From a bacterium (lineage in GTDB: Bacteria; UBA8248), in the NCBI GenBank assembly GCA_965202625.1, contig CBDBBI010000010.1, positions 1,824,001 to 1,888,000 on the forward strand: DNA of 64,000 bases, read 5' to 3'. Made by a program: the position numbers and the translations under genes. Shown in pieces: positions 20,909 to 30,763 of this stretch. The notes beneath the pieces were generated by a model. That model had not been told where the DNA came from. It did not search any database and saw only the letters and a list, made by a program, of their open reading frames with translations. Positions within the stretch are counted from its first letter, which is position 1; the number at the start of each line of letters is the position of its first letter.

Positions 20909-22006
20909 TCACTCCTTCATGAAAAACGATGGCTCGTCAGTTGGTCGATCATCCGTTACTTGTTCTGCACCGCGGAGAAAAACCGCATCGCGCGCCCTCC
21001 TAATTGAAGGCGAAGTCATCGCGCCCGGCCCCACGACGCACCTATTCAAGACAGAATACCCATCCACACTCCCGCCTGGGAAAATGACCGATTCTCGCAC
21101 GACGGCACCATCCCTAAGGGTAGCACCCTCCATCAGAACAGCAAAAGGCCCCGCCTGCGCGTCTTTTTGGATGAGAACGTCACTCCCGAGCAAAACGGGA
21201 GGCACAACGTTTCCCTCTCCCCATCTCATCGGGGGACCTTCCAGCAGGGCAAACCCCCTCGGCGGCCATGGAAACTCAGGGACAAAGCGCCCCGACAGTA
21301 TATCGGCACTCGCTTGCAGATACTTTGAAAGGGTGCCCACGTCTGCCCAATAAGAATCGCTCAAAATCGCCCCGATCCTGGCACCGCTCTCCACCAATGG
21401 AGGGTAAATCTCCGTTGAAATATCGGATGCGACACCCGGGGGAATATGCTCCAGCATTTCAGGAGACATGACGCTCAATCCGGTGAACATCGCCTGGCGC
21501 AATTCGCCCTCCGGGATACCCGGCGCGCGCGCGCCCAAAAACCCTCGCAAGCGTCCTACCTCATCCAGTGCGAGAGCACCATATTTCTCCACCTCCGGCG
21601 AGCACCTGAGGATGAGCGTGGTGAGAAAACCGCCCTTTTGATGATGCGCCAACGCTTCCCCCAAGTCCGCGCCGCACGGGGCATCCGCGTTAAGAACAAA
21701 GAAAGGCTCTCCCCTCTCACGCAAAAACGCCTCTGCGTTCTTGATTCCGCCGGCGGTGCCCAAAATTTCAGGTTCGTGAAAATATTGAACGCGCACGCCG
21801 TGTGTGCGCGCGCCCAGAGCGGAGCGAATCTTCTCCGCGCCATGGTGCAAGTTGACCGCGGCCTCTCGCAGGCCGACCCTCGCCAGCTTCTCCAACGCGA
21901 AGCCGATGAGCGGCACGCCGCCCAAGGGCAAAAGTGGCTTAGGAATTTCCTCTCCCAACCCACCCAGCCTCTTGCCATAGCCCGCCGCCATCACGAACGC
22001 CCGCAT
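20909..22006 (-). CDS. NDP-sugar pyrophosphorylase/nucleotidyltransferase (mannose-1-P guanylyltransferase-like)
   Basis: MAAGYGKRL..PKPLLP, EPEILGTAGGI, YWADVGT and C-terminal hexapeptide repeats. Confidence 0.88.
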   Translation of the reverse strand: MRAFVMAAGYGKRLGGLGEEIPKPLLPLGGVPLIGFALEKLARVGLREAAVNLHHGAEKIRSALGARTHGVRVQYFHEPEILGTAGGIKNAEAFLRERGEPFFVLNADAPCGADLGEALAHHQKGGFLTTLILRCSPEVEKYGALALDEVGRLRGFLGARAPGIPEGELRQAMFTGLSVMSPEMLEHIPPGVASDISTEIYPPLVESGARIGAILSDSYWADVGTLSKYLQASADILSGRFVPEFPWPPRGFALLEGPPMRWGEGNVVPPVLLGSDVLIQKDAQAGPFAVLMEGATLRDGAVVRESVIFPGGSVDGYSVLNRCVVGPGAMTSPSIRRARDAVFLRGAEQVTDDRPTDEPSFFMKE

Positions 22007-22065
22007 CGCGCCCCCGCTTGCCCCTCGCTCTGCACACTCATCCCCCCACGCTTTCCATGAGAACG

Positions 22066-22096
22066 AAACAAAACCGGGCGTCTTACGCCGCCCGGC
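22066..22096 (-). terminator. Probable intrinsic terminator downstream of the xdh-family gene
   Basis: CCGGGCG/CGCCCGG stem followed on the minus strand by a T-rich tract. Confidence 0.55.
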
Positions 22097-22118
22097 TCTG
22101 TTCGAGTTTGAATGAAGG

Positions 22119-24449
22119 TCAAGCGACCTCGGCACCCCGCGCGTGAATGGCCATGGCGACGCTTTCCGGCGTGATGGGCAGCTTGGTGAAGCGATGGCCG
22201 ACAGCGTCTCGCACAGCGTTTGAAATTGCAGCCAGCGTGGGCACCAGGGAGCTCTCCCCTACGCCCTTCGCACCATAGGGGCCAGTCGCGTTCGCCGCCT
22301 CCACGATGATGGTGATGAATTCCGGCGTATCCATTGATACAGGGATCTCGTATCGAGCCAGATCGGGCGTGAGCACGCGACCCTCATGGACTTCGACCTC
22401 CTCGATCAACGCCTGGCCAATCCCCATTTCGATGCCACCCTGTATCTGCCCGATCACCCCTTGGGGGTTGATGGCACGGCCAACGTCATGAGCGGCGACC
22501 ATGCGCCTCACCCAAACCTCTCCCGTTTTCGGGTCAACCGCCACGTCCGCCACCTGGACGCCATAGCTGTATACCATGAACGGTACACCCTCTCCGGTCT
22601 CGGGGTTAAACGTCAAAGGTCCCGTGCTGAACCAACCCTGGCCGGTGATCTTCTTGCCGACCAAAAGCGCCTGCGCGACCACCGCGCTAAACAGGATCGA
22701 CCGCTCAGGCGCGCTCTTGACGAAAACGTTTCCGTTTCTGAAAGCCACGTCCTCCGCCCGACCTTCAAGCATCTCCGCTGCCACGGAAGCGAGTATGCCC
22801 CGCACTTCCGCGATGGCCTCGCATACCGCGTTACCGGGAATCGTGGTGGAGCGCGATCCGGCGGTAAAACCGCTCTCTGGAACGGCGTCGGTATCCACCT
22901 GCATGATGCGCACGTTCTCAAAACGCACGCCCATAGCTTCCGCCGCTATCTGAGCGAGCACCGTATGCGCACCTTGGCCGAGCTCGATGATACCGACCCC
23001 GACCTGCACCTTCCCGTCATCGGTCACGTGCACCTGGGCGCCACACGAATCCGAGGGCGACGCGGCGCCCGTGGAATACCAGAACCCCGCCACGCCGCGG
23101 CCATACAGCAGGCCATCGCCGTTCGCCTCCTCTCTCGGATGCGGCCCAAGCGCTCTCTCCGCCTCATCAAGACACTCCATGTAGCCCACGCTCTGGTCCA
23201 GCACCTGGCGGGTGGCAGTGGAGGAGCCGAGCTTGTAGCCGTTGCGTCGCCTCAATTCAAAGGGGTCCATACCCAGTGAGAGGGCCAGATCGTCCATCTG
23301 GCTTTCAATCGCGAAATGCACCTGGGGAACGCCCAAGCCGCGCATGGCGCACGTATTAACGTTGTTCGTGAGAACGAGGTAGCCGTCGGCCCAGACGTTT
23401 TCGCACTCATACGCGCCGGAGGAATGAATGATGAGTTTCTTGATGATGCCGGGCCCGACCGCGGCGTATGGACCCTTGTTGAGATAGATATGGACGCGCA
23501 TGGCAGTGATTTTGCCGTCTTTCCTCGCGCCAATTTTGTGCCGAATCACCGCGGGAACGCGCTTCGCCTTGCCACCCAGAGATTCCTCCCGCGTATAGTT
23601 GTAGATGGCAGGGCGGCGGGTCTGGAGGGCGACCAAACCCGCCCGCATAGCAATTTCGATGGAGGTCTCCTCCTTCCCTCCAAAGCCGCCGCCGGGCGGA
23701 GTGGAGATGAACTGAACCTCGTTTTGTCCCAGCCCCAAAACCGGAGCTATGACGCGCCTCACCATGTGCGGACACTGGGTAGGTCCCGTACAGGTGATGG
23801 AACCATCGGGGTTGGGAACCACGTAGCCCGCGTCCGGCTCAAGGTAGGCGTGATCGACGAACTGGGTCTCGTAGGTATTTTCCAGTATCACGTCCGCCTC
23901 GGCGAAACCTTCCTCAACGTCCCCCTTGCGGATCTTCAGATGGGTGAGTACGTTGCCCTTGGCGACCGGGTGATCCGGCTGGACAATGGGGGCGTCCTCC
24001 TTCAGAGCGTCTTGCACCTCAAAAACGGCGGGAAGCACCTTAGCCTCGACTTTCACTAGACCGGCCGCAAATTCCGCCTGCTCCAGCGTATCCGCCGCCA
24101 CGATAGCCACGACGTCCTGAAGCGAATAGATGCGCCCCTCCACTAGGACCGGCTGGTCGGGAATCAACATGCCGTAGCGCTTCTGGCATGGAATGTCCTT
24201 TGAGGTGAGGACACAGGCGACGCCCGGCGCATTCTCCGCCGCCCTCGAGTCGATTCGTTTCAGCGTTCCACAAGCGATGGGTGCCGTTACGGGAACGACA
24301 TATAGCGGGTTGATCAACCGGTGATCCGCGGCGAACAAGGGCGAGCCATCCGCTTTGGGCGGGCCGTCCACCCGGGGGACGTCGACGCCGATGAGCTCCC
24401 CATCGTCATCAGGCCCGCCGAACATCTCCTGATAAAAACGCTCTGACAT
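22119..24449 (-). CDS. Xanthine dehydrogenase-family molybdopterin-binding subunit
   Basis: DHAYLEP, GGGFGGKE, AMRGLGVPQ, ELGQGAHT, GQIQGG and GAKGVGE. Confidence 0.92.
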   Translation of the reverse strand: MSERFYQEMFGGPDDDGELIGVDVPRVDGPPKADGSPLFAADHRLINPLYVVPVTAPIACGTLKRIDSRAAENAPGVACVLTSKDIPCQKRYGMLIPDQPVLVEGRIYSLQDVVAIVAADTLEQAEFAAGLVKVEAKVLPAVFEVQDALKEDAPIVQPDHPVAKGNVLTHLKIRKGDVEEGFAEADVILENTYETQFVDHAYLEPDAGYVVPNPDGSITCTGPTQCPHMVRRVIAPVLGLGQNEVQFISTPPGGGFGGKEETSIEIAMRAGLVALQTRRPAIYNYTREESLGGKAKRVPAVIRHKIGARKDGKITAMRVHIYLNKGPYAAVGPGIIKKLIIHSSGAYECENVWADGYLVLTNNVNTCAMRGLGVPQVHFAIESQMDDLALSLGMDPFELRRRNGYKLGSSTATRQVLDQSVGYMECLDEAERALGPHPREEANGDGLLYGRGVAGFWYSTGAASPSDSCGAQVHVTDDGKVQVGVGIIELGQGAHTVLAQIAAEAMGVRFENVRIMQVDTDAVPESGFTAGSRSTTIPGNAVCEAIAEVRGILASVAAEMLEGRAEDVAFRNGNVFVKSAPERSILFSAVVAQALLVGKKITGQGWFSTGPLTFNPETGEGVPFMVYSYGVQVADVAVDPKTGEVWVRRMVAAHDVGRAINPQGVIGQIQGGIEMGIGQALIEEVEVHEGRVLTPDLARYEIPVSMDTPEFITIIVEAANATGPYGAKGVGESSLVPTLAAISNAVRDAVGHRFTKLPITPESVAMAIHARGAEVA

Positions 24450-24534
24450 GACAAGCCTCCGCTCCTAAAAACCTGCGTTCCTTGAAGTAGTGAAACGGAT
24501 TTACGCGCCTCGCGGAAACATGGAGACGAACGGC

Positions 24535-25446
24535 TCAAACCGCCTCCGGCCCGCCGGGCTTCTTCCTGAACAAGCGCTCTATCTCATCGGCCACCTCAGC
24601 ACCGGGGGGCAGATTGTCCTCCTCATCCGATTCCTCAAGCGCGTTCTCAAAATCCACGCCAGGAACGTCATCGGGAATCCGTCCCTTTTGCATGTCTTCC
24701 ACATACCTGGCGATGCGGGGATCCTTGATAAGGATTTGCTCCACCTGCTCGTCAAACGCGTCGATCGCGACGTCGAACTCCTCCAGGGATATTTCAAAAT
24801 CGCCCACGACACTCAACTTCTCCAGAAGAGCGCGCGTCGCCCTAGGGTTGGAGAGCGACGCGATGTAGTGCGGCACGTTCGCCCACAGGCTCACCGCCGG
24901 AAAACCCGCATCCTGCATGAGCGTATGAACGACGCCCACGATGCCCGTAGGCCCCTCATAGCGCGTTATCTCCACGCCGTGGGGCTCCACCAGCGAGGAG
25001 TCGGTGGCGATGGCCACCAGATGGCTGGGCCGTGTATGCAATTCCCCCGTGAGTAGTGCCCCCATCGTCACGATCATCCGCACGCCGAAGTGCTCCGCTA
25101 TTTCCAAGACTTCTCGGCTGAAACGCTTCCACCGCAAATGGGGTTCGGTTCCGACTCCGACGATCAGATCGCGCCCGAAGACGGGCTTTCGGCAATAGAA
25201 AAAATCGTTCGCCGGCCACTTCATCCGCCGCTCGCCGGATTCGTTGAATTTCACAGTAGGTCGCTGATCTGAGAACTGGAAAAAATCATCCGGATGAATC
25301 CGCGCCACGCGCTCCCCTCGAAAGTGGTGAACCAGGTAGCGCGCCGCCACTGTGGCGGATTCCGCCGCATCGTTCCATCCGGAGAACGCCATCACGAACA
25401 GGGGGGCTTTCACGTCGGCCACTTCACAGAGAAACGTAACACTCAT
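24535..25446 (-). CDS. PAC2 family (proteasome assembly chaperone-like) protein
   Basis: AFSGWNDAAESAT, FFQFSDQRP, GTEPHLRW, YEGPTGIVGV and SLWANVPHY. Confidence 0.88.
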   Translation of the reverse strand: MSVTFLCEVADVKAPLFVMAFSGWNDAAESATVAARYLVHHFRGERVARIHPDDFFQFSDQRPTVKFNESGERRMKWPANDFFYCRKPVFGRDLIVGVGTEPHLRWKRFSREVLEIAEHFGVRMIVTMGALLTGELHTRPSHLVAIATDSSLVEPHGVEITRYEGPTGIVGVVHTLMQDAGFPAVSLWANVPHYIASLSNPRATRALLEKLSVVGDFEISLEEFDVAIDAFDEQVEQILIKDPRIARYVEDMQKGRIPDDVPGVDFENALEESDEEDNLPPGAEVADEIERLFRKKPGGPEAV

Positions 25447-25575
25447 ATCCAGACACCCTCACTTTCGTCTTGTCCTTAAAAGTGTTTCCACCTTGAAACC
25501 TGCATACTAAACCCCGAACTGCGGCTTCTCAACGGCAAAAACCGACGACACCCACTTCATTTCGCAGGAGCAGCT

Positions 25576-26787
25576 CTATTCTCCCCTGGCAAACTTCTCA
25601 TCCTCCGGCGGATAGGTGAACAAATTGCTTCTGTGTCCTTCCCATCCAGGCGTCTCCCAGGAGGGCGCGCCCCCTAGAAGGGGCATTTCCCCTTGCGCAA
25701 TGTTCCCTTGCGTTCTGCTCCATTCCGCCTTGAGATCCTGGGTGTGCCCTCTGAAGTGCGGCATCACGTATCGCGCGAACAACTCGAGAGACGCCCTGAT
25801 TTTATGATTTTCTCCCCATTCGTGCGTCGTGAACATGAGGCCGCCGAATCCTCCTGTCTCCTCTTGTATTTTCTCGATTGCCTCAATCGCGTCATCCGGA
25901 GTGCCCACTATCCAATATCTTTGCTCGGCGGCCATCTTCGGCGTGATCTCCGATCGCGGCTGGTCGGGATACGCTTCGTAGGCGGGCTTCAGGCCGATGT
26001 CCATAAAGTAGTTCATGTCGCGGAGGGCGTATTCCTCCACGTCGGCCCAAGCCTTCTCACGGCTTTCAGCAAGATACAGATAGGTGGTGATTCGCCAGTT
26101 CTCACGCGAGACCCGCGTCCCGTGCTTTTGCGCGCACTCCTCCATGTAAGGCCACTGCTCGGAAAGAGAGAGATTGTCCAGAATACGTTTGCCTCCGGAG
26201 GAAAGCAGAATCATCTCGTATCGGGCGGCTAGGTCAATCGCGCCGCGGCTTCCAGCCGACGCGACGGCGAGCGGCATTCTGGGGCTTTGATAGGACCGTA
26301 CCTGAAGATGCACGTTTCTCAACTTCCAAAACCGACCCTCATAATCAAAAGGCTCGGGCGACTCCAGAAGTTTGACGATGACGTCCACCGACTCGTTCAT
26401 CATCGGACGCAGATCGGCCGGAGGGATGTCGAACAGCTTGATGTCGCTCACCAGATTGCTCGGACCCACCCCCAGAATGGCGCGCCCTCTGGTGAGTTGA
26501 TCCAAAAACGCCATCCGCTCCGCCACATGAAATGGATGATGATAAGGGAGGCTGAGCACCGAAGTCCCCAAACGTATACGCTTCGCCCTGGCCGAGGCCA
26601 TCGCAAGGGCCATCTCTGGTGCCGGAATCGTCTCCCAACCTCCAGAGTGATGCTCTCCGATGTAGAACTCATCAAAATCCAGGCAATCGGCGTATTCGAT
26701 GAGCGAGACGTCGCGCTCATAGGCAAGCGATGGATTCTCGGAAGGATGGTGAAGCGGCATCATGAAAAAAGAAAATTTCAAGCTCAA
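25576..26787 (-). CDS. LLM-class flavin-dependent oxidoreductase
   Basis: IGEHHSGGWE, IRLGTSVLSLPYHHP and LDQLTRGRAILGVG. Confidence 0.9.
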   Translation of the reverse strand: MSLKFSFFMMPLHHPSENPSLAYERDVSLIEYADCLDFDEFYIGEHHSGGWETIPAPEMALAMASARAKRIRLGTSVLSLPYHHPFHVAERMAFLDQLTRGRAILGVGPSNLVSDIKLFDIPPADLRPMMNESVDVIVKLLESPEPFDYEGRFWKLRNVHLQVRSYQSPRMPLAVASAGSRGAIDLAARYEMILLSSGGKRILDNLSLSEQWPYMEECAQKHGTRVSRENWRITTYLYLAESREKAWADVEEYALRDMNYFMDIGLKPAYEAYPDQPRSEITPKMAAEQRYWIVGTPDDAIEAIEKIQEETGGFGGLMFTTHEWGENHKIRASLELFARYVMPHFRGHTQDLKAEWSRTQGNIAQGEMPLLGGAPSWETPGWEGHRSNLFTYPPEDEKFARGE

Positions 26788-27171
26788 TCCTACCTAGGCA
26801 CCTAGTCGAGTCATAAACGAGAACATAAAATATCTATTTTTCCATGCTATACTATTTCTGAACTTTCAACATCCCGGAATGAAAAACCGAGGCATCCTTC
26901 CTCGTCGCATGCACCAAGGAGGCATCCTATGGGATGATCTTCAGCGAGAACAGTCGGGAGCAAGGCAAATTCGTGAACATTTCAAAAGCAGAAAGAGCGC
27001 ATTCACATACGCGCCGCCCCAATCGACATCTCCACCCGGTTCATACCACCCAGGCGACTTAGTCGCGAGCAGACACTCGAATTTTGCGGGAGGGCGAGCA
27101 CCCGGAGATGCCTCTCAAGGCCTTCCCGCTGCGCAAAACGAACCTAAAAACCAGAAAACGCGCTTGAACGT

Positions 27172-27669
27172 CTAGCCATCCAGCGCCTTGTTCCAGGCAT
27201 GAATTCTGTCTTTTTGCGCTTCGAACAATTCGGACGCGTCGCCTTCGATCTGCACTTTCTCGATCCCGTCTCCCTGCTCAATCGCATCCACCACGTCCTG
27301 TCCGGATGTAACACGCCCAAAGACGGTATGCTTGCCGTCAAGCCAGGCGGTGGGCACATGTGTGATGAAAAACTGGGAACCGTTCGTCCTTGGCCCTGCG
27401 TTCGCCATTGAGAGAACTCCCGGGCCGTCATGGAGAAGATCGGGAGAGCATTCATCCTCGAACTGATAGCCGGGCCCGCCCGTCCCGGCACCCAGAGGGC
27501 AGCCGCCCTGAATCATAAAATCCGAAATCACGCGGTGAAAAACAAGGCCATCGTAGTAGCCCCGCCGGGCGAGGTTCACAAAGCTCGCCACCGTCACCGG
27601 CGCCTTGTCCTCACGCAAATCGATCTGTATCTCCCCCCGTCTCGTCCTCATCACAACAGAAAGCACCAT
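27172..27669 (-). CDS. Cyclophilin-type peptidyl-prolyl isomerase
   Basis: [32 protein letters not shown] and LDGKHTVFG. Confidence 0.96.
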   Translation of the reverse strand: MVLSVVMRTRRGEIQIDLREDKAPVTVASFVNLARRGYYDGLVFHRVISDFMIQGGCPLGAGTGGPGYQFEDECSPDLLHDGPGVLSMANAGPRTNGSQFFITHVPTAWLDGKHTVFGRVTSGQDVVDAIEQGDGIEKVQIEGDASELFEAQKDRIHAWNKALDG

Positions 27670-27693
27670 GAATTGCTCCTTTGTCGTTTGTCG

Positions 27694-29034
27694 CTAGAAT
27701 TGCATCCCTATTTCTTTCCCTACTTTGATCGCTTTATCACGGTCGTCGTCATTCTTGAAATAAAAGCGGATATCGGAAATTTCCTTTACGCTTTTTACGA
27801 TGTCGCTTTCCGTATGGAGTGTGACGGGTGTTCCCGCTTTCATTATCCACAAATTCTTCAAATACCCTCCTTGAGGAAAGAGATATTCCTTGAAACCTTT
27901 CGGCTTGGGCACCTTCCGTCTATACCATATCGACTTATCTTCAAGTCTTTTTTGAAAATCAGAAATTCTCGTAGTGTCATCTTGACGTATGACCAATGAT
28001 TTCAGGATATATCTACGAAGAAACCTTTCAGAAAATTCATGGGCTTCACCAAGTTTAGGCGTGTCGGAAGCCCACTTTATCGCTTCGATCACGGAGCTGT
28101 CGTCCAGGTTTTTATACAACCTTAATCTATCTTCTTCAGACTCCGAAGAAAAATATGCGCCCAGAGGATCGTCTTGTCTCCAAGTTTTTTTGTTCTCTGT
28201 CTTGTATGTTTCTTTCAATATTTCAATGACCATCATTTCCACAGCGTCCACGGCTTTGTGATAGTAGACATTCTGGTACATGTTCACATACGCCATCACG
28301 AAATCCTCTGCGACGGTTTTCCCTTTTTCACTAAAACAAAATGTATAGGGGTTTACCTCACGATCTTCAGGATGGGGAATTTTCTCTATCACTATGCTGT
28401 CAAGAAGCCACTCCAAATCTATGGCGCCGAATTGTGCTCCGCAAAAATATCTGTCCCGAATCAAAAAATCCAAACGATCCGCGTCCAGTTGACTCGACAC
28501 GATTCTCGAGTATTGGTCGTTCCCTGACTCCTGGCGGAAAAAATTGCTCACTTTCTCAAAAAATTCGCTGGACTCCGATTCCGCCGTCAAAATTTCCTTA
28601 ATCTCTTCGTCACCAGAAACGATCTCTTTTGTGTAATCTTCGTGGGTTTGTTTGTGTTTGACTCCCGGGCTTTGCAATACATTTTCGAACACATGCGAGT
28701 AAGGCCCATGCCCGACATCGTGCAAAAGAACGGCACAGAGCGTAGCCCTTTTCATTAACGGATGCGTTTCCCCACCACTTTCTTCGCCTAGCAACCCTTT
28801 TCTTTCAAAAACGTCCAGCATCCTTCTGGCTATCTGCAATGCCCCCAAAGAGTGTGAAAATCTCGTGTGGCTGTTGCCGGGGTAAACAAAATCAGAAAAA
28901 CCGAGTTGTTTGATTCTACGAAGTCGCTGCATCCAGGAAGTTTGGAGTAAAGCCCACAGAATTTTATCGTCTTCGTTGGATGGGGAGAATTTAATCAGAT
29001 TATGGATGGGGTCCCGAATCCTTTGTTCTTTCAA
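27694..29034 (-). CDS. HD-domain phosphohydrolase, SAMHD1/YwfO-like dNTP triphosphohydrolase (COG1078-type)
   Basis: RDPIH, QRLRRIKQLG..VYPG..HTRFSHSLG, LLHDVGHGPYSH, LDADRLDFLIRD and MYQNVYYH; AT-rich relative to flanks. Confidence 0.9.
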   Translation of the reverse strand: MKEQRIRDPIHNLIKFSPSNEDDKILWALLQTSWMQRLRRIKQLGFSDFVYPGNSHTRFSHSLGALQIARRMLDVFERKGLLGEESGGETHPLMKRATLCAVLLHDVGHGPYSHVFENVLQSPGVKHKQTHEDYTKEIVSGDEEIKEILTAESESSEFFEKVSNFFRQESGNDQYSRIVSSQLDADRLDFLIRDRYFCGAQFGAIDLEWLLDSIVIEKIPHPEDREVNPYTFCFSEKGKTVAEDFVMAYVNMYQNVYYHKAVDAVEMMVIEILKETYKTENKKTWRQDDPLGAYFSSESEEDRLRLYKNLDDSSVIEAIKWASDTPKLGEAHEFSERFLRRYILKSLVIRQDDTTRISDFQKRLEDKSIWYRRKVPKPKGFKEYLFPQGGYLKNLWIMKAGTPVTLHTESDIVKSVKEISDIRFYFKNDDDRDKAIKVGKEIGMQF

Positions 29035-29050
29035 CAGATTTACTCAAATT

Positions 29051-29545
29051 TCAAATGTTTTGAAGTTCTTTAAGAAGCTCTTCCGCCTTCTGCAGAACAT
29101 AAGAAGTCGCCTTGGCAGGCTTTAAGTTTTTAGTCTCTTGCACCGCTTCCTTTCTACTTCCTCGCTCATTTTTATAAAACGCGAGGGTGGACGCTATTTC
29201 AAGAATGAGTGTGGAACGTGCATCTATGGCATCGAAAAGTTTTTGTTCTCTTTCATCCAAATCAACAACACTAGATGATTGATCCCTGAGAGTAAAAGTG
29301 GACTGGAAGAAACGGTGAACAAGTTCTTCTTTTTCTATCACTTGCCCAGACACGAGCAATTCATCTATCGCATCCGCCACTTCATAACTATATGGCCCAT
29401 AATGGAGAATACGAAAATTCGCTTCGATATCTATGCCTGCATAACGCATCAATTGAATGGTCTTATGGATTCTTTTCCTGCCGACGAGCTTTTGACCTTC
29501 TTTATGTTTCAGCAGAGAAAGCAGAAATTCTTGTATTTGAGGCAT
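29051..29545 (-). CDS. YwgA-like winged-helix protein (Panacea/SocA/DUF4065-related fold)
   Basis: AAAGGAG RBS before ATG 29545; GRKRIHKTIQL...F..LHYGPYSYEVADAIDEL and LEIASTLAF. Confidence 0.75.
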   Translation of the reverse strand: MPQIQEFLLSLLKHKEGQKLVGRKRIHKTIQLMRYAGIDIEANFRILHYGPYSYEVADAIDELLVSGQVIEKEELVHRFFQSTFTLRDQSSSVVDLDEREQKLFDAIDARSTLILEIASTLAFYKNERGSRKEAVQETKNLKPAKATSYVLQKAEELLKELQNI

Positions 29546-29702
29546 GAATGCTCCTTTAATCGAGAATACTGTCAATTGATTAACGATTGACGAGCGAACA
29601 ACAACATATGCCTCAACTCACTACAATAACGAAAAAGTATTTTATTTCTAGCCGTAAATAGCCGTAAATCTCAAAGTATTTTCGCATAATATTCGCTTGA
29701 CA

Positions 29703-30716
29703 TTAAACCCTTCCTTCCAGCCGGAAAGCCTCGGCAAGAAGTTCATAGGATTTCACCCTGGCATCGAAGCTGTGCATCACGTTCACGACGATGAGCTCTT
29801 CGACACGATGCTCCGCGGCCAAAGACGTGAGCGTTCCTTCGACCTGCTCAGGATCCCCTGCGATGGTTCTGCTCTCGATCTCCCGGGCGAACGCGCGCTC
29901 CACATCTGTCCATGGATAGGCGAGCGCCTCATCGGGCGTGGGTACGCCACCCCCCTCGCCACGGCGGCTTCTGAGCATCAGAAGAGGTCTGCTGGCCGCA
30001 TGGTAGAGCGCCTCCTCTTCAGTTCGCGCGCAAATCACGAAAACGCCGAGGCTTCCCACAGGTTTCTTCCACCTGGGGGATGGACGAAAATCCCTGCGAT
30101 ACATGTCCATCACCTGGACGCTTCCATAGGCGTTGATGAAATGCGCGAAAGAGAACGCGCAGCCGAAATGCGCGGCGAGAGTCGCGCTTTGATCCGAGGT
30201 TCCCAAAAGCCACATTTCAGGCACCGTCTCTCCAGCGGGCATGGCGCGTATCCGGGCGAAAGGATGCTCCTTGGAAAACGATCCCTCAAGCCAGCCGCGA
30301 AGGTCAGAAACTTTTTGCGAGAAATCATCGTAGCGAAAACCACTTCGCCCAGGCGCCAAAGCGACGGACGTAAGCCTATCGGCCCCGGGCGCGCGGCCCA
30401 AACCCAGATCAATGCGCCCTGGGTGAAGAGTCTCCAGCATCCTGAACGACTCGGCCACCTTGAGTGGGCTGTAGTGGCTGAGCATCACCCCGCCCGAGCC
30501 TACGCGAATCGTTTTGGTCTTCACGGCGATCTGGCCGATCAGAACCTCGGGCGAGGCGCCCGCGAAAGCCCTGTGGCTGTGATGCTCCGCCAGCCAGTAA
30601 CGGTGATAACCCAGGCGCTCGGCGGCTTGGGCCAATCGCACAGTCTCGCTGATGGCGTCCGCCGCCGTTCCCCCCGCACGGACGGGAGACTGATCCAAAA
30701 CGCTCAGAAGCATCAT
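29703..30716 (-). CDS. LLM-class luciferase-like oxidoreductase (group 1)
   Basis: LSVLDQSP, RYWLAEHH, IRVGSGGVML.HYSPLKVAE and PGRIDLGLGRAPG. Confidence 0.92.
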   Translation of the reverse strand: MMLLSVLDQSPVRAGGTAADAISETVRLAQAAERLGYHRYWLAEHHSHRAFAGASPEVLIGQIAVKTKTIRVGSGGVMLSHYSPLKVAESFRMLETLHPGRIDLGLGRAPGADRLTSVALAPGRSGFRYDDFSQKVSDLRGWLEGSFSKEHPFARIRAMPAGETVPEMWLLGTSDQSATLAAHFGCAFSFAHFINAYGSVQVMDMYRRDFRPSPRWKKPVGSLGVFVICARTEEEALYHAASRPLLMLRSRRGEGGGVPTPDEALAYPWTDVERAFAREIESRTIAGDPEQVEGTLTSLAAEHRVEELIVVNVMHSFDARVKSYELLAEAFRLEGRV

Positions 30717-30763
30717 CTACTCGAGAATTAGGCGATGGGAGAAATTTTCGTGGAAACTTATTC

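Noticed and set aside
26879-27175. 98-aa ORF or possible gene remnant between the LLM gene and the cyclophilin
   Set aside because: No recognisable motifs, so a call cannot be supported
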